Assembly: GCA_030637025.1 (NCBI GenBank)
Contig: DAOVVV010000023.1
Span: forward strand, 1 to 44,279
Source: Clostridia bacterium
Lineage (GTDB): Bacteria; CBDUZB01; JAGLHV01
Direction: 5' to 3'
Length of the DNA stretch: 44,279 nucleotides
The notes under the pieces were generated by a model. The model saw only the letters and a list, made by a program, of their open reading frames with translations. It ran no database searches and was not told the DNA's origin. This document shows positions 7,375 to 17,115 of this stretch, piece after piece (the stretch's first letter is position 1; the number at the start of each line of letters is the position of its first letter). The translations under genes and the position numbers were made by a program.

Positions 7375-10062
7375 CTATTTTTTAACTATTTCTTTTATTA
7401 TTATTTCAACCTGTTTCAAGGCCTCTTCCAGCTTTTCTTTGTTTTTCCCCCCACCTTGTGCTAAATCTGCTTTTCCTCCACCTGCTCCATCAACAATTGT
7501 TGTTAATTTTTTTATTATTTTTCCGGCATGCAATCCTTTTTTCACTTCACTGTCTGTGACCACACAAATTAAAAACGGTTTATCATCGATTATACTACCT
7601 AAAACAATTATTCCCTTTTTTAACTCGTGCTTTAATTTGTCTCCGTAATTTCTTAATTCTTTACTATCCTCCGCCTCCATTTTATAACTCAACACATTTA
7701 TTCCGCTAATCTTTTTAACTTTATTTTTTATTAAATCAAGTGCTTTAAAATTAAATATTTCCCCCTTCATCCGTGATAATTCTTTTTTCAAATGCTCATT
7801 CCTTTTAACAATTTTTTCTACCTGTACATTAAGCATATCGGAAGGAACTTTTAATATATTAACAATACTCAACAAATTTTCTTCTTTTTCTCTAATAAAT
7901 TGATATGCTGCCGCCCCGGTTAATGCCTCAATTCTTCGTACCCCGGCAGCTATACTTGTTTCATTAATTATTTTAAATAATCCAAGTTCTCCTATTGCAT
8001 GACAATGAGTCCCGGCGCACAACTCAATACTTACTGCATCTTCCGGAGCATCCAATCCTTCGGCGCTAATCATAACTACCCGAACTTTTTCACCGTATTT
8101 TTCTCCAAAATGGGCCATTGCCTGCATTTGCTTTGCCTCACCCATTGTAATTTCCGAAGTAAGAACAGCCAGGTTTCTTCTAATTGTTTTATTTACTAAT
8201 TCCTCTGTTTTTTTTATTTGCTCCGGTGATAAAGCGGAAAAATGAGTAAAATCGAAACGCAAACGGTCACAATCCACCAATGAACCCGATTGTTTTACAT
8301 GCTTCCCCACAATCTGTCTTAACGCCGCCTGTAACAAATGTGTCGCTGTATGACTCCTCATAATTGCCTTTCTTCTTTCCGGATTAATAAAAGCATCAAT
8401 GGTATCACCCTTTTTAAACTTTCCTCTTAAAACTTTTGATTTATGCACAATTAATTTACCTAACAATTTTGTGGTATCTAAAACTTCTATTTCTGCCACA
8501 ATTTCTTTAGCGTTTTCGGCTTTTATTTCTTTTAATATTTTTCCCCTATCACCGACCTGTCCTCCTGATTCTCCATAAAAAGGAGTCTCAGATAAAACAA
8601 TTTGTACTATATCACCTTTTTGAATTTCATCAATAATTTTGTTATTTTGGTCAACAATCATATTAATTTTTGCCAGCAATTTATTAAAAGAATATCCTCT
8701 GAATACGGTCTCTTCTGCTTTTTCATATATTTTACTATATAATTTTTTTTCCTCTTTGTCAGACCCTTTCCACGATTTACTGGCAATTTTTTGTTGTTTT
8801 TGCATTTGACTTTTAAATTCTTTCTCATCGATATCAAATTCTTTCTCCCGGGCAATTTCTTTGGTTAAATCCAGGGGAAAACCATAAGTATCGTGCAACT
8901 TAAACACTTCTTTACCGGGTATCGTTGTTATGCCTTTTTTCTTCAAATCCACAATTAAACTATTTATCATCTCATACCCGACATCTAATGTTTCCTTAAA
9001 TCTTTCCTCTTCCATCTTACAAATTTCACGGATATAATCTCTTTTTGAAACAAGAACAGGATAAAAAGAACCCATGACTTCCACTACTTTATCCGTAAGT
9101 TTATATAAAAAAGATTGCTTTACTCCTAATAATTTACCTTCTTTGGCTGCTCTTCGTAAAATACGGCGCAGGACATACCCTCTTTCTTCATTTGAAGGTA
9201 AAATTCCATCGTTTATTAAAAATACTATTCCTCTTATATGGTCGACAATAATCCGAAGGGAAACATCGTTACGCTTATTTTTATTATAAGAAACCCCTAT
9301 TAATTTACAGGCTTCATCCATAATTGGTTTCAATACATCTGATTCAAAAACAGTAGGAACATTCTGTACTACTGCTGATAATCTTTCTAACCCCATCCCT
9401 GTATCAATATTTTTCTTTGGTAATGGTTTTAATATTCCATCTTTGTTCTTTTCAAATTGAGTAAAAACCAGATTCCATATTTCTAAATACCGGTCACAAT
9501 CACACCCGGGAGCACAATCTGATTTTCCACAACCATATTCTTTTCCTCTATCTATTAAAATTTCTGAACAGGGACCACATGGACCGGTTTCTGCCATTTG
9601 CCAAAAATTAGAGTCTTTACCTAAACGCACAATTCTTTCTTCCGGCAAAAACTTCCGCCAGATGGAATAAGATTCATTATCTTCTTTATATACAGAGGCA
9701 TAAAGGTTCGTCTCTTCCAAACCCATTTTCCGGGTTAAAAATTCCCACGCCCAGGAAATAGCCTCTTCTTTAAAATAATTTCCAAAGGAAAAATTCCCGA
9801 ACATTTCAAAAAAAGTATGATGCCTGTTGGTATACCCTACTTTTTCAATATCACTTGTTCTAAAGCAACGCTGTAAAGAAGCCACTTTAAGAAATTCAGG
9901 CTTAGTTTTACCTAAAAACATATCCTTAAAGGGAACCATCCCGGCACTAGTGAAAAGAAGACTGGGGTCGTTTTCCGGAATAAGAGAACTACTAGGATAA
10001 ATTTTATGTTTTCGTTTTTCAAAAAAATCGAAAAATTCTTTCCTGATTTGAATACCCTTCAT
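7375..10062 (-). CDS. alaS: alanine--tRNA ligase
   Basis: LLFTSAGMVPFK, HHTFFEM.GNFSFG, IDTGMGLER, HTATH, ELCAGTH editing site, GGGKADLAQGG; start moved to the ATG behind the GGAGGA RBS. Confidence 0.98.
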   Translation of the reverse strand: MKGIQIRKEFFDFFEKRKHKIYPSSSLIPENDPSLLFTSAGMVPFKDMFLGKTKPEFLKVASLQRCFRTSDIEKVGYTNRHHTFFEMFGNFSFGNYFKEEAISWAWEFLTRKMGLEETNLYASVYKEDNESYSIWRKFLPEERIVRLGKDSNFWQMAETGPCGPCSEILIDRGKEYGCGKSDCAPGCDCDRYLEIWNLVFTQFEKNKDGILKPLPKKNIDTGMGLERLSAVVQNVPTVFESDVLKPIMDEACKLIGVSYNKNKRNDVSLRIIVDHIRGIVFLINDGILPSNEERGYVLRRILRRAAKEGKLLGVKQSFLYKLTDKVVEVMGSFYPVLVSKRDYIREICKMEEERFKETLDVGYEMINSLIVDLKKKGITTIPGKEVFKLHDTYGFPLDLTKEIAREKEFDIDEKEFKSQMQKQQKIASKSWKGSDKEEKKLYSKIYEKAEETVFRGYSFNKLLAKINMIVDQNNKIIDEIQKGDIVQIVLSETPFYGESGGQVGDRGKILKEIKAENAKEIVAEIEVLDTTKLLGKLIVHKSKVLRGKFKKGDTIDAFINPERRKAIMRSHTATHLLQAALRQIVGKHVKQSGSLVDCDRLRFDFTHFSALSPEQIKKTEELVNKTIRRNLAVLTSEITMGEAKQMQAMAHFGEKYGEKVRVVMISAEGLDAPEDAVSIELCAGTHCHAIGELGLFKIINETSIAAGVRRIEALTGAAAYQFIREKEENLLSIVNILKVPSDMLNVQVEKIVKRNEHLKKELSRMKGEIFNFKALDLIKNKVKKISGINVLSYKMEAEDSKELRNYGDKLKHELKKGIIVLGSIIDDKPFLICVVTDSEVKKGLHAGKIIKKLTTIVDGAGGGKADLAQGGGKNKEKLEEALKQVEIIIKEIVKK

Positions 10063-10095
10063 TTTTCCTCCCAAATACAGTATTCATTCATTATT

Positions 10096-10977
10096 TTAGA
10101 CTATATTCTGTACTTGTTCTTTTAATTTTTCCAACTCATTCTTAATTTTAATTACTTCATGGGAAATCTTATAATTATTTATTTTTGCCCCTATAGTATT
10201 TATTTCCCGATTCATCTCCTGGATTATAAAGTCTAACTTTTTTCCTACCTCATTTTCTCCTTTGAAAGTTTTTCTAAAATTTCCAAGATGACTTTTAAAA
10301 CGAACAATTTCTTCTGTAATCTCCATTCGTTCTGCAATAATAGAATTTATTTGGAATTTTTTTTCGTCATTTTTTTGAGGTTTTTTTAGAAAATCATAAA
10401 GTTTACTCATCAATAATTTATTTTCATATTTTTTAAGAGCTTTCGGTAATTGTAATTTAATTTTAGAAAAACAGGAATTAATTTTTTTAGTCCGTTTATC
10501 AAAATCATTACTTATGACCTTCCCTTCCTTTTTACGCATCTGCTCTAATTTTTTCAAGGACTGATAAAGTGCAATCTTAATATTATTAAGAAGTTTTTTT
10601 GTATTTATTTTTTTCTTTTTTATTTTTAAAATGCCGGGTAGACTCATAAAAAAATCTAATTTTAACTCATCATTTTTTTTTAACATTCCAGCTAATTTTT
10701 CTCCTGCTTTTTTGTAATTTAAAACCATATCTTTATCTATTTCTATTTCGTTACAATTAATAGAATCAGCAGAAATTTCTTCGGACAAGTTCACTAAAAC
10801 ATCAATTCTTCCCCTTTTTATTTTTCGTTTTACGATTTTCTTAATCTCTTCTTCAAAAAAAAATAAAAACGACGGCAATTTTACATTTACTTCACAAAAA
10901 CGGCGGTTTAATGCCCTTACCTCTACTTTACAATTTTCAATTTTTCCCTGGCCAAAACCGGTCATACTTCTAAGCAT
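10096..10977 (-). CDS. yicC: YicC/YloC family endoribonuclease
   Basis: SMTGFG, N.RF, RGRID, EEIVRF.SH, GKKLDF..QEMNREINTIG.K, EQVQN. Confidence 0.93.
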   Translation of the reverse strand: MLRSMTGFGQGKIENCKVEVRALNRRFCEVNVKLPSFLFFFEEEIKKIVKRKIKRGRIDVLVNLSEEISADSINCNEIEIDKDMVLNYKKAGEKLAGMLKKNDELKLDFFMSLPGILKIKKKKINTKKLLNNIKIALYQSLKKLEQMRKKEGKVISNDFDKRTKKINSCFSKIKLQLPKALKKYENKLLMSKLYDFLKKPQKNDEKKFQINSIIAERMEITEEIVRFKSHLGNFRKTFKGENEVGKKLDFIIQEMNREINTIGAKINNYKISHEVIKIKNELEKLKEQVQNIV

Positions 10978-11017
10978 GTTTTTTTCCTTTTATTGAATTT
11001 TTATTTTAACTATTCTA

Positions 11018-11905
11018 TTATCCTCTGGGATGATATTTTTTATGTAAGGCCTTCAGCCTTTCTCTGGTAACATGAGTATAAATTTGAGTAGTAGAAATAT
11101 CAGAATGTCCTAACATTTCCTGAACAAAACGCAAATCCGCACCCCCCTCTAATAAATGGGTAGCAAAAGAATGTCTTAAGGTATGAGGAGTAACATTCTT
11201 ATAAATACCTGCTTTCTTTATATGTTTCTTTACTATCTTCCAAAAACCAGTTCGTGAAAACTTATCTCCACGCTGAGTTAGAAATAAAATATTTTTATCC
11301 GGAAATTTTATATTTCTTACTCTTTCAAAATAATTTTTTACCGCTTTTATTGCCTTTTTACCTACCGGAATAATTCTTTCTTTTCCTCCCTTTCCTAAAC
11401 ATTTAACATATTCCATTTTTAAATTAATATCCGATAATTTTAAATTAATTATTTCAGAAATCCGCATTCCCGTAGCATATAATAATTCTAACATTGCACT
11501 ATCGCGTAATTTATTATCCGACTCTTCGTTACCGTCATTTAAATAATCAAGAAAATTTTCTATATCTTTCCTGCTTAAAACATTAGGAAGATTAAAATCC
11601 CGCCTTGGAGTTTTTAAATTAATAGTGGGATCTGTTTTAGTATATCCTTCCATAATCAAAAACCGGTGAAACATTTTTATAGAAACTAAAAATCTAGATA
11701 AAGAAGAAACTTTTATTCCCTCTTTTTTTCTCGATTCCAAATAAAATAATATTTCTTTATAGGTCAACAAGAACAAAGAACTTTTTCTTTTTTTTAAATA
11801 ATCAAGATAATCACTTAAATCGGATAAATAAGCATTCTGGGTATTTTTGGTAAGCCCTTTTTCAAAAGTTATATAATTAATAAAAGAATCTAAGAAATTT
11901 TTCAT
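11018..11905 (-). CDS. xerD: tyrosine recombinase XerD
   Basis: RDSAMLELLYATGMRISE, GKGGKER, PHTLRHSFATHLL.GGADLR.VQEMLGH.DISTTQIYTHV, HPR end. Confidence 0.9.
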   Translation of the reverse strand: MKNFLDSFINYITFEKGLTKNTQNAYLSDLSDYLDYLKKRKSSLFLLTYKEILFYLESRKKEGIKVSSLSRFLVSIKMFHRFLIMEGYTKTDPTINLKTPRRDFNLPNVLSRKDIENFLDYLNDGNEESDNKLRDSAMLELLYATGMRISEIINLKLSDINLKMEYVKCLGKGGKERIIPVGKKAIKAVKNYFERVRNIKFPDKNILFLTQRGDKFSRTGFWKIVKKHIKKAGIYKNVTPHTLRHSFATHLLEGGADLRFVQEMLGHSDISTTQIYTHVTRERLKALHKKYHPRG

Positions 11906-12534
11906 TTTTCTAAAAGATCCTTCAATACTAAATTATTTTTTTTCTCTTCACCTAATGAAGAAAATGGACCATGTCCGGGAAGAATAGTTAAATTATCATC
12001 TAATCCTAATATCTTTTTCTCTAGAGACTTTCGTAAATCTTCTTTATTTCCTCCCGGAAAATCGTATCTTCCAACAGAATCTTTAAATAGAGTATCCCCG
12101 GTAAAAAGAACATCCTGACCTAAAAGACAGATTCCCCCCGGTGTATGCCCCGGGGTATGAATTACTTTCAATTTCTGCATGCCAAATTTTATAATTTCAC
12201 CATCTACCAACTTCCTGTCTACCGAAAAAGAAAGAGCTAATTCCTGCTGAACAAAAGAAAGGTCGTATCTCCCCATTTCCAGCATGTCTGCATCTTCTTT
12301 ATGAATTAAAATTTTCGCTCCTGTCGCCTTTTTTATCTCCCTGTTTGCTCCCGTATGATCAATATGTGCATGGGTATTTATAATATATAATATTTTAAAT
12401 TTTTCCTCTTCGATGAGATTTATTATTTTTTGCGCCTCATCCCCCGGATCGACAACTACCCCCTCTAATGTCTGATCACAGGCAAACACATAACAATTAG
12501 ACTGTAATTGACCTAATGTTAAAAATCTAAGCAT
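11902..12534 (-). CDS. MBL-fold metallo-hydrolase (glyoxalase II-like)
   Basis: THAHIDH, HTPGHTPG, FTGDTLF..SVGR.D, PGHG. Confidence 0.92.
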   Translation of the reverse strand: MLRFLTLGQLQSNCYVFACDQTLEGVVVDPGDEAQKIINLIEEEKFKILYIINTHAHIDHTGANREIKKATGAKILIHKEDADMLEMGRYDLSFVQQELALSFSVDRKLVDGEIIKFGMQKLKVIHTPGHTPGGICLLGQDVLFTGDTLFKDSVGRYDFPGGNKEDLRKSLEKKILGLDDNLTILPGHGPFSSLGEEKKNNLVLKDLLEK

Positions 12535-12555
12535 TTTTTGCTTTACCTCTCTTGT

Positions 12556-13563
12556 TTAATGCATTTTCTTACTTTTATCATGTTTGTCCATTAATTTTTC
12601 TTCTATTTCTTTCATCAATTTAATATTTTCTTTTAAAGATTTTTTTGCATTTTCTTTTCCCTGTCCCAGTCGCTCACCGTTATAAGAAAACCATGTTCCC
12701 CCTTTATTAATAATTCCATATTCAACACCCAATTCTAAAACACAACCTTCTTTAGAAATTCCTTCCCCATAACTCATATCAAATTCTGCCTGGCGAAAAG
12801 GAGGTGCAACTTTGTTTTTTACCACCTTAACTCGAATTCTCGCACCGGTTACCTGACTATCATCTTTTATCTGGGCAATTCTACGAATATCCAATCTTAA
12901 AGAAGAATAAAATTTAAGCGCTCTACCACCGGTTGTTGTTTCGGGATTACCAAATACAATTCCAATTTTCTGCCTTAATTGATTAATAAAAATAAGAGAA
13001 GTTTTAGACTTAGCAATAGTTGCAGTCAATTTCCTTAATGCCTGAGACATCAACCTTGCCTGTAATCCCATATGAGCATCCCCCATATCTCCCTCAATCT
13101 CTGCTCGCGGAACCAATGCTGCAACCGAATCAATCACAATCACATCCACCGCCCCACTACGTATTAAAGTTTCTGTAATTTCTAAAGCCTGTTCTCCATT
13201 ATCCGGTTGGGAAATTAAAAGGTTATTAATGTCCACACCTATTTTCCTGGCATATAGAGGATCCAAAGCATGTTCTGCATCAATAAAAGCGGCTATCCCC
13301 CCTTTTTTTTGCGCATTAGATATTATGTGCAAAGAAAGGGTTGTTTTTCCTGAAGATTCAGGCCCAAAAATTTCTACTATTCTTCCTCTGGGAATTCCCC
13401 CGATACCAATGGCAAAATCCAATGACAAAGCACCCGTGGAAATAGAATCTATTCCTTTTGTATAACTTTCCTCTCCTAATTTCATTATGGAACCCTTACC
13501 ATAAGATTTTTCTATCTGAGTTACTGCTAAATTTAAAGCTTTCTCTCTGTCTGTTTGTGTCAT
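12556..13563 (-). CDS. recA: recombinase A
   Basis: [38 protein letters not shown]. Confidence 0.99.
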   Translation of the reverse strand: MTQTDREKALNLAVTQIEKSYGKGSIMKLGEESYTKGIDSISTGALSLDFAIGIGGIPRGRIVEIFGPESSGKTTLSLHIISNAQKKGGIAAFIDAEHALDPLYARKIGVDINNLLISQPDNGEQALEITETLIRSGAVDVIVIDSVAALVPRAEIEGDMGDAHMGLQARLMSQALRKLTATIAKSKTSLIFINQLRQKIGIVFGNPETTTGGRALKFYSSLRLDIRRIAQIKDDSQVTGARIRVKVVKNKVAPPFRQAEFDMSYGEGISKEGCVLELGVEYGIINKGGTWFSYNGERLGQGKENAKKSLKENIKLMKEIEEKLMDKHDKSKKMH

Positions 13564-13596
13564 TTTACAACCTCCTATTTTGAATTCGTTTATAAA

Positions 13597-14217
13597 TTAT
13601 TCTGTATTTTTAAAAATATCTTTATTTCTTGCAATATAGACTAACCCGGAAAAAACAGTTATACCCGCAGTAATAAACATTAACCAGTACGGAATTTTTT
13701 TTAAAAATAAATCTAAATAATATTTACTCAGACCTCCGGAATTAAATAAAACATTTTCTATATTACCCACTCTATTTATCCATGCATTTACAATTAATAT
13801 CAATAGAATAACAATAATCGTTATTATCTGAGATGTTGTTTTAAACTTACCGCTTATAGACGCAGAAATAATTTTTCCCTGCGATACAGCTATAGTCCGT
13901 AACCCGGTTATGCTAAACTCCCTGCTAATAATAAAAACTACCATCCATGCAGGTATTCGTAATTCTTCCAATCCTACAAATGAAATAAACGCTGCCGAAA
14001 CCAAAAGCTTGTCCGCTAAAGGATCCATAAACTTACCAAAATTAGAAACGCAATTATATCGACGAGCAATACGCCCATCATATAAATCAGTAAGAGCTGC
14101 CACTATAAAAACAAATAAGGAAAATATACGCGTATACATATTATCGTAAAACATAAAAAGCATAAATAACGGAAGCAAAATAATTCTGATAATTGTTAAC
14201 TTATTAGCTAAATTCAT
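13597..14217 (-). CDS. pgsA: CDP-diacylglycerol--glycerol-3-phosphate phosphatidyltransferase
   Basis: MNLANKLT..R, D..DG.IAR......FGK.MDPLADK; the frame stays open to 14280, start set at the homologous Met. Confidence 0.93.
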   Translation of the reverse strand: MNLANKLTIIRIILLPLFMLFMFYDNMYTRIFSLFVFIVAALTDLYDGRIARRYNCVSNFGKFMDPLADKLLVSAAFISFVGLEELRIPAWMVVFIISREFSITGLRTIAVSQGKIISASISGKFKTTSQIITIIVILLILIVNAWINRVGNIENVLFNSGGLSKYYLDLFLKKIPYWLMFITAGITVFSGLVYIARNKDIFKNTE

Positions 14218-14251
14218 TGCTTTAATTGTTTTAAAAACATTCTTTACAAAA

Positions 14252-15598
14252 TTAATAATTAACCATATTTTTTTCAACACAAACTCCCTCCAAGTCGTAA
14301 ATACCTGTTCCTGTTATCTTAATCTGAATAAAATCTCCTATTTTTTTTGCCGCTTTTGAGTAAACATATACAGACCTGTCTATTCCAAAAGCATCTTCTT
14401 TTAATCTTGTTTTTAAATAATTTTTCTTATCACACTGGCTTTCAATAACCACTTCTTTTATCTTACCTAATTCTTTTTTGTTTTTTTCACAAAGAATTTT
14501 TTGTTGAATATTCATTAATTTCCTTTGCCGTTCTTTTTTAATTTTTTCAAAGATTTGCGGCTTTAGAAAAAATGCCTTTGTTCCTTTTTCCCGTGAATAA
14601 ATAAAGGACCCTACGTTTTCAAATTTTATTTTCTTAATAAAATCCAAAAGTTCATTAAATTCTTCCTCTGTTTCCCGCGGAAAACCATTAATAAATACAG
14701 TACGCAAAGAAATGTTAGGAATCTCTAACCGCAAATAATTAATTAAATCTAAAATATCATTCTTGTTATAATGCCTGTTCATTAAAAATAGAATTCTATC
14801 ATTTATATGCTGCAAAGGCAAATCAATATATTTACATATTTTCTTATACCTTGCTATTGTCTTTACTAATTCAGCATTTATATGCGAAGGATAAGTATAT
14901 AATAGTCGAATCCATTTTATTTCTTTTATTTTAGCTAATTCTTTTAAAAGGACAGATAACTTAAATTTTCCATATAAATCCATACCATAAAAAGTAGTAT
15001 CCTGAGCAATAAGATTTATTTCCTTTACTCCTTTTTCCGATAATTTCCTTGCTTCTTCTAAAATAGAAGCCATTGGCCTGGATTTATATTTTCCTCTTAA
15101 AGAAGGGATTAAACAATAACTACACTGATTATTACATCCCTCTGCTATTTTTATATAAGCCATATAAAAAGGTGTAGAAATATAACGAGGAGTTTTTGCA
15201 TCATAAAGACAACCGGGCATATCAGCATAAATTTTTTTCCTCGCCCTGCCTTCTATTATTTTTACTATTTTAAAAATATCTCCCGTACCAACGAAAAAAT
15301 CCACTTCCGGTAATTGGCCAATCAACTTATCCTTATATTGCTGAACCATACATCCGGCTACGATTAACAACTTGCATCTTCCATTTTTTTTATACTTAGC
15401 CAATTTTAAAATAGTGTCAACTGATTCTTCTTTCGCCGGTTGTATAAAACTACAGGTATTAACTATTAAAATATCTGCCTTATCTAATTTAGTCTCAGAA
15501 ACAAGTATAAATCCTTTTTTTATTAATAAACCTATTATAATTTCACTGTCTACTAAATTTTTGGGACACCCTAAACTAATTATTCCAATATTTCTCAT
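14252..15598 (-). CDS. rimO: ribosomal protein S12 methylthiotransferase
   Basis: SLGCPKNLVDSE, NTCSFI..AKEES, CxxxCxxC (CNNQCSYC), IAQDTT.YG.D, PLQH; rodZ-rimO-pgsA context. Confidence 0.93.
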   Translation of the reverse strand: MRNIGIISLGCPKNLVDSEIIIGLLIKKGFILVSETKLDKADILIVNTCSFIQPAKEESVDTILKLAKYKKNGRCKLLIVAGCMVQQYKDKLIGQLPEVDFFVGTGDIFKIVKIIEGRARKKIYADMPGCLYDAKTPRYISTPFYMAYIKIAEGCNNQCSYCLIPSLRGKYKSRPMASILEEARKLSEKGVKEINLIAQDTTFYGMDLYGKFKLSVLLKELAKIKEIKWIRLLYTYPSHINAELVKTIARYKKICKYIDLPLQHINDRILFLMNRHYNKNDILDLINYLRLEIPNISLRTVFINGFPRETEEEFNELLDFIKKIKFENVGSFIYSREKGTKAFFLKPQIFEKIKKERQRKLMNIQQKILCEKNKKELGKIKEVVIESQCDKKNYLKTRLKEDAFGIDRSVYVYSKAAKKIGDFIQIKITGTGIYDLEGVCVEKNMVNY

Positions 15599-16308
15599 TC
15601 CCTGTCCTTTTCTAAAAATATTTCATTAACTTCTCCTCGTTGTCCGGAAATAATATCAATTGATTCCCCATTAAACTTTACCTTTATCCCGAATATATTT
15701 CCAATTCTTATTTTAAACTTTTCTTTCGCTTCCAAAAACATTACTTCATCTTTTTTTATTAAACCTTCATAAGCCAGGTCTCCATCTCCTATGACCCTTA
15801 ACCAGGTAGCTTCTTCCCCTTTAATTTCTAAATATACTTTTTCCGGTATTTTAATTTGTACCGGCACAACCGCAATTTCTTCTTTGTACGTATTTTCCCG
15901 GACAACAACCTTTTTATTTGACTCTGATTTCACCCGAAAAAGCAAAAAAGATAAAACAGTTATTCCCAAAGAAACCCCTACAATTATGCTTATCTTTTTA
16001 AGAATAATATTATTTTTTTCCTTTTTATTAGTTTTAGACAAATTATCACGGGAGTTATTTAAATAATCTTTCTCCTGATGAATCCGCCAGTAATTTTTTA
16101 CCAAATTATCCGCATCCAACCCTAAATATTTACTATAACTATTAAGAAAACCCGTAACATATATTTCCGCAGGAAAAATTTCGTAATTTTCTTTCTCTAA
16201 AGCTCTTAAATATTTTTCTCTTATTTTTATCTCTTGTTCAATATCGCTAAAAGAAAGTTGCTTTCCCTCCCGTGCCTCCCGTAAACTATCTCCAATAAAT
16301 TCTCCCAT
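15595..16308 (-). CDS. rodZ: RodZ-like protein (HTH, TM, DUF4115-type C-domain)
   Basis: IG..LREARE...YL.ALE......Y..GF...Y.KYLGLD, one TM segment, W.RV..DG C-terminal domain. Confidence 0.85.
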   Translation of the reverse strand: MGEFIGDSLREAREGKQLSFSDIEQEIKIREKYLRALEKENYEIFPAEIYVTGFLNSYSKYLGLDADNLVKNYWRIHQEKDYLNNSRDNLSKTNKKEKNNIILKKISIIVGVSLGITVLSFLLFRVKSESNKKVVVRENTYKEEIAVVPVQIKIPEKVYLEIKGEEATWLRVIGDGDLAYEGLIKKDEVMFLEAKEKFKIRIGNIFGIKVKFNGESIDIISGQRGEVNEIFLEKDRE

Positions 16309-16383
16309 ATTCTCCTCCGAAAAAAAATAATATTTATTTTATTTTTAAAAACGCACAACTATAATATTTCTATATCTCAAACC

Positions 16384-17115
16384 TTACTCTAAGAAATCCG
16401 ATGAATCAAAAACACAAACCCCGCGGGGCATTTTAAATTTAAAAATTTTTTCTTTTACTTTAGTATTAATTTTTACATTTAAAATATTTGAAATAATCAG
16501 CATTTCAACAGTCTCGACTTCTATTTTTTCCGGCAACCAGGTAAAATCCGAAACCCATAAAGTTATAGTAAAATTATCAACCTGAGAAGAAACTATTTTC
16601 AATAAATAAAAATCCTTTTGTTTCTTAAATAATATTACCTTTCCCGTTTCCACTAAATTTCTTACTGATGTTCCAAAACCCAAACCTAAAAATTCTCCAC
16701 CTAAACCTAACTTAAGTTTATCATCTTCTAATTTCTGTATACTAACTTGATTATATTCAGGTGAATAAATCCACAATTTTTTTCCGTCGGAAATAACTTT
16801 TTGTAAAATATTATCCTCATTATATATAAGGCCATAGATTTTCTTTGGTTTTTGAAAAACAAATTCCCCTTTTACCTTGTAGTTTTCTTCTGTTACTTTT
16901 ATATTTATTCTCTGATTGAAATCAAATTTAATATTTAAAATTTTAGTTTCGGCAATATCTATATGTTTTAGAACATCTTTTAAGGATAACTCCAACTCTT
17001 CAGCCAACAAAACAGATTTAATTCCTAAAAAAACAACAAACAAAAATAATAATTTATATAAAGTAAAAAATATCTTTAAAATATGAAATAATTTCGTTAG
17101 TTTATTATCTTTCAT
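16384..17115 (-). CDS. lolA: LolA-like outer-membrane lipoprotein carrier
   Basis: N-terminal hydrophobic signal, F.Q, KP, SDGKKLWIYSP..NQV, F.FKMP.GV; coupled to ftsK by a TAATG overlap. Confidence 0.75.
   Translation of the reverse strand: MKDNKLTKLFHILKIFFTLYKLLFLFVVFLGIKSVLLAEELELSLKDVLKHIDIAETKILNIKFDFNQRINIKVTEENYKVKGEFVFQKPKKIYGLIYNEDNILQKVISDGKKLWIYSPEYNQVSIQKLEDDKLKLGLGGEFLGLGFGTSVRNLVETGKVILFKKQKDFYLLKIVSSQVDNFTITLWVSDFTWLPEKIEVETVEMLIISNILNVKINTKVKEKIFKFKMPRGVCVFDSSDFLE

Noticed and set aside
11018-11905. Phage or island integrase marking a mobile element
   Set aside because: The sequence has housekeeping XerD signatures and sits among core genes with no mobile cargo or att repeats.
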